This document shows, one piece after another, positions 9,401-19,903 of a stretch of DNA of 64,000 nucleotides (position 1 is the stretch's first letter; each line of letters opens with the position of its first letter). The DNA comes from a virus. Below the pieces are notes generated by a model, which saw only the letters and a program-made list of their open reading frames with translations, was not told the origin of the DNA and made no database searches. The DNA lies in IMG/VR virus record IMGVR_UViG_3300028549_001461, positions 97,222 through 161,221 of that record. One strand, written 5' to 3'. The position numbers and the translations under genes were made by a program.

Positions 9401-10549
9401 TAAACCACTTTCTGATGAGATATTAATTAACACTGGGAAGTCTGTAACAGTTTCTTCTACAGCTCCTTTTGGGATTGTTATAAGTATTTTGTTTTGATAT
9501 ATCTCTCCGAAACTTCCTTGTGAATTATTTTCTATACCACCTTTTGTTAAAAGAGTATCAAAGTTAGAATAACGTGTTGCAGTACACCAGCTTTCTCCAC
9601 GTACTATTTTTGATATTCTTAATTCAGAGTAAACACCATAACCCCACTCATCAATACCATTCCAATTTATATAAATAGGTGCTGTAGAATCAGGTACAAC
9701 ACTTAAGCTTTTAGTATAAACCCCAACTTCTGAGTGAAAAGTCCAAGTAGTAGATGCTACACTATCTGCAAAATAGTGATGCTGATTGTTTGTGGCAGAT
9801 AGTGATATTGTTATGAAGTGGTCTTGGTTAGAACCTGCACCAGTTTCGTGCCAAAAGTTTGCACGGTCAGTGTATACACTAAATCTCATTATATTAGTTG
9901 CTACGGTTTCTCCTGTAGCACCTCTACAAAATGCAATAGCATTACCAGTAGCTTTTACAACTTTTTCCAAAGTAAAGGGTTGGTTTGACAACCATGTACT
10001 AATAGGAATACTAATATATTTATTGATGTTAAAAGAAAGTGTTTTGCCAATTAAACCATCTACTAAATCTGCAGAATTCATACCTGTTGGGGTACCATGC
10101 TTAACATTACTTGTGCTATCTAAAATGCACGCCCCTCCTATTGACGGATCTTGAACCATATGATAAACAGCCGAAAAATTACTATTCCACACTGCTTTTG
10201 CTGATGTTTCTCCAGTATTTCCAATATAAAAATGATCACTTTGTGTATTATCATAATACATATAAAATTCAGTAACACCTGTGCCAGAAGCAGCTACTGT
10301 AGGTAATTTAACCCACAGTTGCGCAGTATTTGCTGTTGCTTCCCAATAAGCTACCTCGCAGTAACAGTAATCATAAGTGTCACTGGTTATAAAACACATA
10401 CGTTTACTATTGCTACCTAAGGTATTAAAAACACCTGAATAAGTTGTATCTAATTTTACTAACACAGGGAAGTCATATAAGACTGTTTGTATTTTACTAT
10501 TGTCAACTGTGAACTTTATTCTGTTAGACCAATTAGGTAACCATTCCAT
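6488..10549 (-). CDS. Large virion/tail-associated protein with three DUF2341 + LamG-like modules
   Basis: Three DFPVL...E(V/I)xxW...Q(L/I)W...YxY...VWxxxxxxVYHM modules; IDEIRISDIARS LamG-type ends. Confidence 0.8.
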   Translation of the reverse strand: MEWLPNWSNRIKFTVDNSKIQTVLYDFPVLVKLDTTYSGVFNTLGSNSKRMCFITSDTYDYCYCEVAYWEATANTAQLWVKLPTVAASGTGVTEFYMYYDNTQSDHFYIGNTGETSAKAVWNSNFSAVYHMVQDPSIGGACILDSTSNVKHGTPTGMNSADLVDGLIGKTLSFNINKYISIPISTWLSNQPFTLEKVVKATGNAIAFCRGATGETVATNIMRFSVYTDRANFWHETGAGSNQDHFITISLSATNNQHHYFADSVASTTWTFHSEVGVYTKSLSVVPDSTAPIYINWNGIDEWGYGVYSELRISKIVRGESWCTATRYSNFDTLLTKGGIENNSQGSFGEIYQNKILITIPKGAVEETVTDFPVLINISSESGLNKVDISKIFDELSLASDYSKIAITDFTQTIRYCAEVENWDPLKRSAQIWVRVPEISSIADTRMYIHYNKNIVDNFELTGATGSLAAGNVWDSDFVGVYHMAQRPAENSIVKNSTLFKLNGTFHGNADIDTTNIGNFVSLARSGWLEINSVASYTTGSFTWEVMYRADTTASGQSYALICGNASSTGNNTFLTSVQNPSSTGNKLTFGYSDPTTNYYYTGTHDSNTMRSFSLSLNSLTNSIFMRVNGEDISPNTEPSFLSTASITNRVSSTDLISVGQEYDGVGVISDLFSGLIREVRVSKTFRSEAWLKVTSKSNLDELLIYDIEKEVKWLKTYENGELSPWSNRIPIEVDYTKIEAPLNDFPVLLNLTDSSGINNYDLTTFFDTLAYAVPTYDYFTGTDYAYPDSILWNTYGTLQKPFLLNGKVNFIISNSTDYQQCKSNFHLKGDFDIQVDVNIVTKTNSNSWVVELLLWYKSDSNHLTITRKYLSGEQFFVWKVINSAGTGEGMITSSITNTKFRLIRVGVTVTAQYFTTVWVTLWSGSWLNYNVNVALRSMTTVNMTLEVTMDNFVINSGTLIWPNNYHPFRKKIAITSEDGETQLPVEIENWDHENKSIQLWTKISNIISGENTKLYLYFDPIKNDNTRYIGSMGSFEGRQVWDKNYKVVYHMSQDPSIGGACILDSTSNSNNGTPYGSITSSASVSSLIGKGINFDNVNDFIDVGDKFYSNELTLEAIVYPETLGIADTIIAKRNTAGTSTAASTIEYNLTAINMGAMGTGTIDNLSANNSNPLTINTFSYVVGVLDKAEIKMYVNDNTPDIASTGAFIMNNTTNSIQIAVSTNNDSTRFFDGTIDEIRISDIARSDSWIKTTYYSNFDNLLLYYPNETYTEPIPEEYFFHGYIKELSQPVTRKVSLYNKATGNLIDTTMSDPYTGYYLLASYTNDEHFIVAFDDEYGTTYSPLIRDNFLHNGK

Positions 10550-13071
10550 TATACTAACTCCGTAGGTGTTTTTTTAGACATAATTAAATCATTATATACA
10601 GGGTCATCTGAATCATCAAGACATATTAAATTATGCGCGCCAGAATAAGTTGTGTATAAACTATAATACCCATTTGTATTTGACACGCATTTATCAACAA
10701 GTTCCCCTGAGTATCTTTCATAAAGATAAATTGTTCTCGATACAAATTCATCTTCTTTTTTAGTATATCCTGAAAATTGAAATAAAGGTGCTTTAGATAC
10801 ATAAAGTAAATCATCCGACATTGTAAGATTAGTAGTTTTCATCCAACCTTCACTTCTGGAAATTTTTGAAACAATTAATTGTCCTATATCACCGGAATAA
10901 GAAGAGTCATTTACACCATCACCTATTCTGGGCTCTTGTGTTGTATAATGTTTCAAATTGCCTGTTACTGATGTAGTTGAACTTACTTTTTTGTTGCTAT
11001 GGTAACCTGCAGTATAACCGCTTCTATACGAAGCAGAAAAAGTATGCCATGTTAAATCACCTCTGACTATTCGTGAACTACATATTAGTTGGGCATTAAC
11101 AGTAATAGTAGTACATATTTCTAGTCTAATATAACCATCAGTATCAGGATAAAAAGCATAACCATAACCTCCGCTATTTCGGAACCTATCAAAAATTCTT
11201 CCAAAGGCAATACAAGAAGAATCAACTAGGTTATACGTAGATATAGTTATTTCAGATGGTTTAAATAAATCATTAGAAGGTAAATTTATATAGTTACTTC
11301 CAGTAAAACTTATTGCTCTTCCTACTGGTGCGTCCAAATAATAAGCAGGCCCAAGACCCACAGTTGAGCCGTGTAGTGCGTTGTTTGTACTGTCATATAT
11401 ATATTTGCTGAGTGGGCTTTGTACCATATGGTACACAGCTAAATAGTTACTATCCCAGACTTGTCTCCCTGCAAAAGTAGCTGTGGGTCCAGTGTAATAA
11501 GTTTCACTTTGATTTTTGTCATAATACAGTAGTATATCTGTGGGCTGATCTTTTAAAATTCTAGGTACCTTCACCCAAAGCTGTATTGATTTTGTACCTT
11601 GATTCCAGTTTTCTATCTCACAAAATAATTGTTGTTGTTCTCCATGAACATATCTTTTATAAACTTCATTTTTTTCTAAATTATTCCAATCTACCTCTCC
11701 ATATTCTACTATAAATTCATTAAACAAAAACTCTACTGTAGGTTTGTTAGTCCATGATGCCACACCTATAACCACTTGTACTTTTGGAATTGACCCATAA
11801 GTGTAAGTTGTTCCGAACCAAGTTACTACATTTTGAGCGGCGTAACCAGCACTAAAAACCGCACCAGATCTTTTTATATACAATTTTCCATTTAAGTCTG
11901 TTCTTATTAATGGTGTTATTATATCAGTCCACACTCCACCTATTTTTCTATTAAATAAGAAATAGCGATTAGTGGTGCTTCTGTGAGCATATACTTGGAT
12001 GATATCACCAGTTTCCAACCACAGTTGTATACAGCCACCACCCTCTGATGCTGCAGCTAATTCTACTTCTTCAAATGTTAAGTATATACTAAAATTTCCT
12101 ACAAACGACCAGTTGCTTTTTAAAAGAGCACTAACGTCTGATCCACTTGTTATTGCCCTGGCTCTCAGTTTATTATTCTGTATTTCTGCAATTGAGCCAG
12201 AAGACAAACTGGTTATCCATAATTTACTATTTACAGCACTTCCATTACTTCCAGTAAACTCATCACTTATTTCTTCTACAAGATGCTCTTGTACACCAGG
12301 ATAAGCAGCTGTTATTTTAAATCTATTAGGATATGTTTCTGATGGCCAAAAAATTGTACCACTATTTATTTTGAAATTTTTAAGTTTAGCTGAAAATGAA
12401 GGGTTTCCGTCCCATGGACCGTGCTCAAAAAATATTCTCATTTTACCACTGGCATTGTAACTATAGCTACCCAAATTTACCCAAGCTGTATTATAGATAT
12501 AACCATATACTAAAGCACCTTCTCGTACAAGACGTAGTTTACATAATGTACTTGTGTCAGCAAGAGTATATATTATTGTAAAAACACCAGATATATATCT
12601 GACAATTTGAAATTTTTGTTGACCTACACTATACCTTCTTGATACTAAAAAAAAATCTGAAGAACTTTCAAGCTGGGCTATTAGACCAATAGACCATGAA
12701 TTTGTATTTGGATAAATTAATAATTCTACTTCTATTTCTACGTCAAAATCTCCGTCAAAATACCAGTTCGCATATATAGCTGAGTATAGTGCCGTTGACA
12801 TTGTAATTTCTTCGTTTAACAAAGATATTCCCGCTGAATTACTGAGCTGCCACATGTCAGTATTAAAGGAAGTATTATTTATACCACTAAAAATAGCACC
12901 AGGAAAAGTATAATCTAATTCCGTAAAAAGCTCAGAACAATTAAAACCATTTATTCCTGAACTTCCAGTTATATTAAGTAACACAGGAAAATCAACTAAA
13001 TCTTCATCTACAAGAGTATGATCTACACTAAATTTTAAAACATTATTTTTATTCCAATTAATTAAACTCAT
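10549..13071 (-). CDS. Virion protein with DUF2341 and concanavalin/LamG-like domains
   Basis: DFPVLLN, CEIENW...QLWVKVP, VWDSNYLAVYHM; C-terminus paralogous to that of 6488..10549. Confidence 0.75.
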   Translation of the reverse strand: MSLINWNKNNVLKFSVDHTLVDEDLVDFPVLLNITGSSGINGFNCSELFTELDYTFPGAIFSGINNTSFNTDMWQLSNSAGISLLNEEITMSTALYSAIYANWYFDGDFDVEIEVELLIYPNTNSWSIGLIAQLESSSDFFLVSRRYSVGQQKFQIVRYISGVFTIIYTLADTSTLCKLRLVREGALVYGYIYNTAWVNLGSYSYNASGKMRIFFEHGPWDGNPSFSAKLKNFKINSGTIFWPSETYPNRFKITAAYPGVQEHLVEEISDEFTGSNGSAVNSKLWITSLSSGSIAEIQNNKLRARAITSGSDVSALLKSNWSFVGNFSIYLTFEEVELAAASEGGGCIQLWLETGDIIQVYAHRSTTNRYFLFNRKIGGVWTDIITPLIRTDLNGKLYIKRSGAVFSAGYAAQNVVTWFGTTYTYGSIPKVQVVIGVASWTNKPTVEFLFNEFIVEYGEVDWNNLEKNEVYKRYVHGEQQQLFCEIENWNQGTKSIQLWVKVPRILKDQPTDILLYYDKNQSETYYTGPTATFAGRQVWDSNYLAVYHMVQSPLSKYIYDSTNNALHGSTVGLGPAYYLDAPVGRAISFTGSNYINLPSNDLFKPSEITISTYNLVDSSCIAFGRIFDRFRNSGGYGYAFYPDTDGYIRLEICTTITVNAQLICSSRIVRGDLTWHTFSASYRSGYTAGYHSNKKVSSTTSVTGNLKHYTTQEPRIGDGVNDSSYSGDIGQLIVSKISRSEGWMKTTNLTMSDDLLYVSKAPLFQFSGYTKKEDEFVSRTIYLYERYSGELVDKCVSNTNGYYSLYTTYSGAHNLICLDDSDDPVYNDLIMSKKTPTELV

Positions 13072-13073
13072 CG

Positions 13074-14273
13074 CTACCTCATATAATAAACTGCATATTG
13101 CTTTGAATCCTCATCTATTACGTAAACACCACTGGAGGTAGTACAGAAAATAGTATTTCCTCCTACTAATGCTGTATTTTCTGTTATATACATGTCAGTT
13201 AAATATAATCCTCTTGCAAATATACCACTTCCTGTAGTATATACTTCTGTTGGTAAGGTCCAATCGCATAGAAGATTGTCCATTCTGTTTAGTTTATATT
13301 CTACTTCTGAAGTAATTAAATTAGTCCCTGAAACAGTATAATATAAGGAGTCACTTGTGAGAAAACATTTTTCAGCCCCGGCTATATAAGTTTTACTATG
13401 TATTGTTGGATTTGTTTTTAGTTTAAAATAATCTACACCACTGTTTGTGCACACTAATAGATCCACATCTTTTATATGAATATACTTAATACTATTATTA
13501 GTTATGTTAGGCGCACTATAATCTTGTAGATAACTATTTAAATTTTGTGGTGAGAAATAAGTGCCGGAGATGGTTACAGAGTAATTTAAATATTTTATAC
13601 CTGAGCTTGTTGTACCCATAAATACACGTTCATCATCCCCACAAACTGTTGTAAAACCATTTAAATAATCAATAAAGGCCACTAAATAATTTGTGTTACT
13701 GTTATAAACTTTTAACCCCTCATCTGTAGCCGCGTATATAAATTCATTTCTAGTAAAAACTTGAAATAGTTTATAAGTTGTTTTTACATCTACAACTGCA
13801 TCAAATGAGTTTTCTTCTCTTACTGCCCGTCTTACATATGTTAGTAAATCTTTCTCTTCTTGTTTTGTTGGAACAATATAACTCTGTAAGTTCTCTATAC
13901 TTATGACATTTAAATCAGCTGATAAATACCTTGTAGCTGATTTTAATTCAGCATTTAAAATAATACCATAGGTAAAAGCTAGTTGATTGTCTAAAGAGTA
14001 AATCTGTATGTTACTGCTTATATAATTTGTATTACCAACTACAACATTATCATAGATAACAGATCTATTATTTGAGCTTGTTGTTACAATAGTTGGATTT
14101 TTTACGATTGCTTTTATTTCTTGTCCGAATCTTTTTGTTAACTCCGGATCATCCTGCGGCCCCCCTGAAAAGGTAGTGGTATTACCATGTACCAAAAAAC
14201 CATGATTATTTACTATACCACTACTAGTTACATTTGGTGTAAATAATAGTGGTATTGCGCCAAATATACCCAT
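13074..14273 (-). CDS. Putative virion protein, beta-rich C-terminal region
   Basis: IYAATDEGL / LVCTNSGV / FCTTSSGV blade-like repeats; in virion operon. Confidence 0.55.
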   Translation of the reverse strand: MGIFGAIPLLFTPNVTSSGIVNNHGFLVHGNTTTFSGGPQDDPELTKRFGQEIKAIVKNPTIVTTSSNNRSVIYDNVVVGNTNYISSNIQIYSLDNQLAFTYGIILNAELKSATRYLSADLNVISIENLQSYIVPTKQEEKDLLTYVRRAVREENSFDAVVDVKTTYKLFQVFTRNEFIYAATDEGLKVYNSNTNYLVAFIDYLNGFTTVCGDDERVFMGTTSSGIKYLNYSVTISGTYFSPQNLNSYLQDYSAPNITNNSIKYIHIKDVDLLVCTNSGVDYFKLKTNPTIHSKTYIAGAEKCFLTSDSLYYTVSGTNLITSEVEYKLNRMDNLLCDWTLPTEVYTTGSGIFARGLYLTDMYITENTALVGGNTIFCTTSSGVYVIDEDSKQYAVYYMR

Positions 14274-14274
14274 G

Positions 14275-16440
14275 TTAACTTTCTTCTACTGTTAATTTAG
14301 GATCAAAGTAAACTATTAAACCTGGTAATCTTTTGTTTAAATAAACTTTTACAGGAGCGTATTGTTCTTTTGGTATAGTTACAACACTGACTAATTTTAT
14401 TATAGTCATACTTTCAGGGACTCCTGACCATGTACTGTTGTCAGAACTTAAAGTAGATGTTGTATGTTCATAAGAGTAAGCATCCATTATATCTATACCA
14501 ATCTTGATATCATCCGAAGTTAATGCTCCACTTGATGCTGTATACATAAAATAAGCAGTTACAGTATAATTGGTGGCCAGCGGGAAATAAATCCATGTAG
14601 AATCTTCACCCAGATTTGGATATATAGCACTATATGAGTTATCAAGCTTTTTAATTATTTTAATAGAGTACCCAGCACCACCAGCTCTACTTACAATAGA
14701 AGTTTCAAATAATGTCTCGTAAGTTATATATTGAGCTGTACCATTATTAAAATCATTTAATATGGCTCTGGCATTAAGCCATTGGCGGTCTGTGATTGTA
14801 CCTATTCCAGAAAAACCTCTGTTTCTTACAGCCACTAAATTTAATGAATAGTCTGCGTTATTGTTAGATTTTACTAAATCAGTACCAGCACCAACGCAGT
14901 TGTATATTGTAGCATTAACATTTTGCAAATTAGTGCTTTCTATCTGTATAGGTATTCGGGATATAGTTGAATTAGTTAGTTTTATGTCTATATTTGTTAA
15001 AGTAGTAGAACCTTGTATAAAATCACCAAGTAAATAAGCTTTTTTTACTAAAAACAAACCACCTATGTCACTATTTAGCGCTTCAAAATAAGTAACAGAA
15101 CTTGTATATACTTTTTCATATTTTAGCAATGAATTCTTTAAATTAAGTATATTTACTTTTTGTGTAGCACCTCCTGTTCTTGATGCATCTAAGACATAAC
15201 CCAAACCATTGGTTATGTTTGATATAGTTATACTATTACTTGTTATAACATCCCAACTTGTAAAGCCAGCAAAGAAGTTTGTGTCATTATATGAAGTGTT
15301 TTCTGCATAAGGAACTGTTCCTGTAATGTTGGACAAATTTAAAGAGTTAATTGTAGTTTTTAAAAATATAAACATGTTTGATACTACAAAGTCATTAACT
15401 GTCCAGTCTACATTATTTATAGTTGCCGAAACATTATCCATTAATTCAAACATAGTATATTTATGTTGCCTTGTTAATGTAGTTGTATTTTGTATATCTA
15501 CAGATCCACCTGCAAAACGCATGAAAGATACAGGAATATCGGTACTTATAGGGTTACTATTTACAACTAATGATGTAGCATCTATACCCATTGTACAGCC
15601 GGAAAAAGTAGTTGTACAGTTAACAAAATGGTGTTGCGAATAGAAAATTGTTTCACTGTAAGTTGAAGCTATGTTTGAAGAACTTTGCTTTACACTAAAA
15701 TTACAGGTATTAAAAGTAAGAATACTATTTTCAGCGTAAGAGGATGCAGCACTGCTTAAGTAAGATACAACTGGTACTCCTGGTGATCCTGATAAAAAAT
15801 TACAATTAGAAAAATTTATTAGTGAATTTTTTAATTTTAATGTAGTGTTTCTACTAAAAGACGTAGTACCTGTGCCATCAATAGTGCTATTTATGATGTT
15901 TATATAATAGGCTCCTTCACAATACAGCACGCCACCCCACCAGTTTGTGTCGTTTGTAGACGGTGGTAGCCAAGCTATATAGGCGTAACAATTTTTTAGT
16001 GTTACATTACTAATATTTTTAATGGTTATTGCTGTTCTAATATTTGTACTATTTCCAAATTCATCTGAAATATAAAACCTATGCACGTTTATATTAGCTA
16101 CAAATCCGGCTGCAGGAGTTTCAGCTATATAATTAAGTCTACGTTGATAAGCATATTGTGTACTATCGGTGTCCCAAACTAATCTTAATGAATTTTCACG
16201 TATGTCATAATGTTCATCACCAGCGAAAGGCCAGCCAATATAATTTATTCTGTTATCTGAATCTGTGCCCGCCTTCCAGGCTATGAATTTTGTATCAGTA
16301 GGTACAATGTATCTTCTAAACCATACACTATCACCTGCATTTACACTTGCACTTTGAGTTGATGTGAAAACATTCCATGGAGAAGCTGCAGAACCAGTAC
16401 CATTAGTACCTGAACTGAAGTCCACATAATAATTTGCCAT
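14275..16440 (-). CDS. Putative parallel beta-helix virion/tail protein
   Basis: YYVDFSSGTNGTGSAASPW start, VNAGDSVW, Asn/Thr-rich repeats; AGGAGA RBS. Confidence 0.65.
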   Translation of the reverse strand: MANYYVDFSSGTNGTGSAASPWNVFTSTQSASVNAGDSVWFRRYIVPTDTKFIAWKAGTDSDNRINYIGWPFAGDEHYDIRENSLRLVWDTDSTQYAYQRRLNYIAETPAAGFVANINVHRFYISDEFGNSTNIRTAITIKNISNVTLKNCYAYIAWLPPSTNDTNWWGGVLYCEGAYYINIINSTIDGTGTTSFSRNTTLKLKNSLINFSNCNFLSGSPGVPVVSYLSSAASSYAENSILTFNTCNFSVKQSSSNIASTYSETIFYSQHHFVNCTTTFSGCTMGIDATSLVVNSNPISTDIPVSFMRFAGGSVDIQNTTTLTRQHKYTMFELMDNVSATINNVDWTVNDFVVSNMFIFLKTTINSLNLSNITGTVPYAENTSYNDTNFFAGFTSWDVITSNSITISNITNGLGYVLDASRTGGATQKVNILNLKNSLLKYEKVYTSSVTYFEALNSDIGGLFLVKKAYLLGDFIQGSTTLTNIDIKLTNSTISRIPIQIESTNLQNVNATIYNCVGAGTDLVKSNNNADYSLNLVAVRNRGFSGIGTITDRQWLNARAILNDFNNGTAQYITYETLFETSIVSRAGGAGYSIKIIKKLDNSYSAIYPNLGEDSTWIYFPLATNYTVTAYFMYTASSGALTSDDIKIGIDIMDAYSYEHTTSTLSSDNSTWSGVPESMTIIKLVSVVTIPKEQYAPVKVYLNKRLPGLIVYFDPKLTVEES

Positions 16441-16460
16441 AATTTATCTCCTAATTTATC

Positions 16461-16488
16461 TTGACTAATACGAAATATGTATTATAAT
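16461..16488 (+). promoter_or_regulatory. Sigma70-like promoter
   Basis: TTGACT-N16-TATAAT upstream of 16534. Confidence 0.5.
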
Positions 16489-16533
16489 TAAAGGCGTTCA
16501 TAATATATGGTAGTTAAATAAAAAAGGAGAATT

Positions 16534-17106
16534 ATGATAGACGCAGCAAATATAACTAATTACAATTTAACAGATTTTGAGCTAGAAACGACACTTATGT
16601 TTTGGATACTAGCTGCCGGAAAAAATGGCACCCGTGCTGCAGAAATAACTAATAAACTTAGAGGATTTTGGAATACTTTTAGTAAAGATATAAGTACCTT
16701 TAATTCTTTAATGCATTACGATCTAGAAGAAACCATAGATTTATTAAAGGAGTATAAAACAGGTTGTCATAACAATAAAGCAAGAACATTATGGCAACTA
16801 TGTCGAGAAGACCTAAATTTAAGAACTTGTACAGCAGAAGATCTTGAAAAAATATATGGTATAGGTATGAAAACATCCAGGTGTTTTATTATACATAGTA
16901 GGGAAAATGCGCCTTATGCCGGATTAGATACCCATATGTTGAAATATTTATCTAGTTTGGGGTATGATGTACCAAAAAATACACCAAGCAGTAAAAAATT
17001 GTACTTGACAATTGAAAAGATAGTGCTTAATTTAGCACAAGAGTCAGGAAAAACTCCAGCAGATTTTGATTTATCTGTTTGGAACAAGTATAAAATTGTA
17101 AATTAA
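16534..17106 (+). CDS. HhH-superfamily DNA glycosylase-like protein
   Basis: LEKIYGIGMKTSR helix-hairpin-helix and LDTHMLKYL. Confidence 0.7.
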   Translation: MIDAANITNYNLTDFELETTLMFWILAAGKNGTRAAEITNKLRGFWNTFSKDISTFNSLMHYDLEETIDLLKEYKTGCHNNKARTLWQLCREDLNLRTCTAEDLEKIYGIGMKTSRCFIIHSRENAPYAGLDTHMLKYLSSLGYDVPKNTPSSKKLYLTIEKIVLNLAQESGKTPADFDLSVWNKYKIVN

Positions 17107-17134
17107 CAAAAACAAATTAAAAGGAGAATGAGTA

Positions 17135-18991
17135 ATGGGAAGGATTATTGGAATAGATCTTGGTACAGGCTTTTCTTGTGTGTCAATTATGGAGAATGGA
17201 ACTCCTAAGGTAATTGTAAACAGTGATGGTAACAGAACCACCCCTTCGGTAGTTGCATTTACTGATGAAGGTAAATTAGTTGGGGGTTCAGCAAAAAGAC
17301 AAGCGGCCACAAACTCAAAGAGAACTATTTATGAGGCTAAGCGACTTATAGGAAGGAAATTTAAGGATAAAGAAGTACAAGATTTTGCAAAAATTACACC
17401 TTTCACGTTAAAGGAAGGTACTAGTGGTGAAGTACTAATTGAAGTAGATGGAAAAGAAATATCACCTGTAGAAATATCCGCAGCTGTTCTTGCAGAAATG
17501 AAAAAATTTGCGGAGGATTATTTAGGAGAAAAAGTTACAGAAGCCGTAGTGACTGTACCCGCGTATTTTACTGACGCTCAAAGGCAAGCTACTAAGGACG
17601 CTGGTGTAATAGCTGGTTTGGATGTAAAAAGAATTATTAGTGAACCAACCAGTGCAGCGTTGGCATATGGTTTAGAAGGTACAAAGGAAGAAAAAGTTTT
17701 AATAGTTGATACCGGTGCAGGAACACATGATGTGAGTTTACTTGAATTGGGTGATGGTGTAGTTGAAACAAAGGCCACTTCTGGTGACTCTTTCTTAGGT
17801 GGTACTGATTTTGATCAGGTTATTGTTAATTGGTTAGTTGCTGAGTTTAGAAAATCAGAGGGCATTGATTTATCTAAAGATAACATGGCTCTTCAGAGAC
17901 TCAAAGACGAAGCAGAAACTGCAAAAAAAGAGCTGTCTTCTGTAACAGAGGTTTCTATTAGTTTACCATTTATCACTGCAGACGCCAGTGGTCCAAAACA
18001 TCTTTCTATGAAACTTACAAGAGCTAAGTTTGATGATATGACAAGACATTTAGTAGAAAGAATTTTAATACCGTGTAAGACTGTTCTTAATGATTCAAAC
18101 ATCTCTATTGCTGAAATTGATGAAGTTATTTTAGTGGGAGGTTCCACCAGAATCCCAGCTATTCAAAAAGCAGTGGAAGATTTCTTTGGTAAAAAAGCAA
18201 ATAAATCAGTTAATCCTGATGAAGTTGTAGCTCAAGGCGCGGCTATTCAAGCTAGTATCATTGCTGGTGAAACCACAGATGTATTACTTCTCGATGTAAC
18301 TGCTCTTTCATTTAGTATTGAAACTTTAGGTGGTATTGCTACTAAAATTATAGAGAAAAATACTTCTATACCTGTACTTAGAACTCAAGTTTTTAGTACA
18401 GCTTCAGACAATCAAGATGCTGTTTCTATCCATGTTATACAAGGTGAAAGAGAAATGGCCAGAGATAATAAAACTTTAGGTAGATTTGACTTAATAGGCA
18501 TACCTCCAGCACCACGTGGTGTTCCTCAAATTGAGGTTAGTTTTAATATTGATGCCAATGGTATTTTAACAGTTTCCGCTAAAGATTTAGGGACAGGTAA
18601 GGAACAATCTATAAAAATAGAATCTTCAAGTGGTTTGTCTAAGGAAGATATTGAACGTATGGTACGAGACGCTGAGGAACATGCTGAAGCTGATAAGAAT
18701 AAACGTGCATTAATCGAAGCTAAAAATCAAGCTGAGAGCACTGTATACCATATGGAAAAGACTTTAAAAGACAACGCTGAAAAGATCACTGAGGAAGAAA
18801 AACTCGCTGTTGAAACTAAGGTTAATGAACTACGTGAATTAGTTGGTAGTTCAGAAGATAAAGATCTAATCATGACAAAGCTTAATGAAGTTAATGAATC
18901 TTTTCATCCACTAGCTCAGAAAATATATGCACAAGCTTCTCAAGAAAGTGCACCTACTTCTGACGAGTTTACTGGCTCTGCTACCAATTAA
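17135..18991 (+). CDS. dnaK: Chaperone DnaK (Hsp70)
   Basis: [43 protein letters not shown]. Confidence 0.97.
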   Translation: MGRIIGIDLGTGFSCVSIMENGTPKVIVNSDGNRTTPSVVAFTDEGKLVGGSAKRQAATNSKRTIYEAKRLIGRKFKDKEVQDFAKITPFTLKEGTSGEVLIEVDGKEISPVEISAAVLAEMKKFAEDYLGEKVTEAVVTVPAYFTDAQRQATKDAGVIAGLDVKRIISEPTSAALAYGLEGTKEEKVLIVDTGAGTHDVSLLELGDGVVETKATSGDSFLGGTDFDQVIVNWLVAEFRKSEGIDLSKDNMALQRLKDEAETAKKELSSVTEVSISLPFITADASGPKHLSMKLTRAKFDDMTRHLVERILIPCKTVLNDSNISIAEIDEVILVGGSTRIPAIQKAVEDFFGKKANKSVNPDEVVAQGAAIQASIIAGETTDVLLLDVTALSFSIETLGGIATKIIEKNTSIPVLRTQVFSTASDNQDAVSIHVIQGEREMARDNKTLGRFDLIGIPPAPRGVPQIEVSFNIDANGILTVSAKDLGTGKEQSIKIESSSGLSKEDIERMVRDAEEHAEADKNKRALIEAKNQAESTVYHMEKTLKDNAEKITEEEKLAVETKVNELRELVGSSEDKDLIMTKLNEVNESFHPLAQKIYAQASQESAPTSDEFTGSATN

Positions 18992-19003
18992 TATTACCTT
19001 TAC

Positions 19004-19038
19004 TAAATAAGAGTACCTATACTAGGTACTCTTATTTA
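19004..19038 (+). terminator. 16-bp hairpin after dnaK
   Basis: TAAATAAGAGTACCTA / TAGGTACTCTTATTTA perfect inverted repeat. Confidence 0.7.
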
Positions 19039-19113
19039 CCTTTTGCTCTTAATAAACTAACTATATTATTATGTAATGTATCTTAAAAAAATTTTCATAT
19101 AAGGAGCAAATTT

Positions 19114-19638
19114 ATGGGTAACTATAATTATAATTTTTTTCAAATCCCTGCTTCTGGTCCTGTTGGTGGGGGAGCAGTAGGTAATCAACAAACAAGAGAT
19201 GCCGATTCCAAAGTTTCTAATTTTGGTGCATTAAATTACGGCACAAGAAGTACAGACGACTACACAACCTTTGTAAAGAGTTTTAAATCTAAGGATGAGT
19301 GGCAAAATCCTGTTGTTGAAGAGCAACGTCCTTCTGGTTTTGGTGACTGGACTGGTGCTGATAACAATCCATATTCTGCCGGATCTACTGTTAAAAAAAT
19401 ACGCAACGATGAACTAGTTGTTATGATGCTTAAGTCACGTGATGCAAAAAGTCCTGAATACCCAAGTTTTGATATTATGGATACTAATGTTTCCCTTGAC
19501 ACTACTGTTAGTGGTGTAACCTATGTTACTGCTAGTGGTATAACTGTATCTGGTACTGGTATGTCCTTGTACTATCCTAATGAAGGTTACAAACCTTTTG
19601 GTGGAAGAACTGGTGGTCCATTAGGTTACATGGCTTAA
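19114..19638 (+). CDS. Hypothetical protein, possibly virion
   Basis: AAGGAG RBS; Gly/Thr-rich with TxSG repeats. Confidence 0.6.
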   Translation: MGNYNYNFFQIPASGPVGGGAVGNQQTRDADSKVSNFGALNYGTRSTDDYTTFVKSFKSKDEWQNPVVEEQRPSGFGDWTGADNNPYSAGSTVKKIRNDELVVMMLKSRDAKSPEYPSFDIMDTNVSLDTTVSGVTYVTASGITVSGTGMSLYYPNEGYKPFGGRTGGPLGYMA

Positions 19639-19681
19639 TAAATTTTATAAATAATTTAGAATTTTTATTTGTAAGGAGGCA

Positions 19682-19710
19682 AAGGGGTCTACTTTATGGT
19701 AGGCCCCTTA
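19682..19710 (+). terminator. Hairpin, possible terminator
   Basis: AAGGGGTCTAC/GTAGGCCCCTT. Confidence 0.45.
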
Positions 19711-19717
19711 AATTACT

Positions 19718-19903
19718 ATGCATTGTTGTGAAGACTTACAAAATATAATAAATGACCATCCAGAACTTTTCAAAAAACACTCTGACTATGGCGTACTTAT
19801 AACTTGGTTAGAGTTATCAGAGGAAGTGACTTTTACTAAAAAACATAATTATGGTGTTCCAATTAGATTTTGCCCTTTTTGTGGTGAGAGGTTACGCAAA
19901 TGA
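19718..19903 (+). CDS. Small Zn-finger-like protein
   Basis: HCC...FCPFCG. Confidence 0.55.
   Translation: MHCCEDLQNIINDHPELFKKHSDYGVLITWLELSEEVTFTKKHNYGVPIRFCPFCGERLRK

Noticed and set aside
7346-10169. DGR template/variable repeat pair
   Set aside because: Both copies are coding in one ORF, differences are mostly synonymous and not adenine-specific, and no reverse transcriptase is present.
7044-18147. Short opposite-strand ORFs inside virion genes and dnaK (and similar ones elsewhere)
   Set aside because: Antisense or alternate-frame shadows of well-supported genes, with no RBS or motifs.
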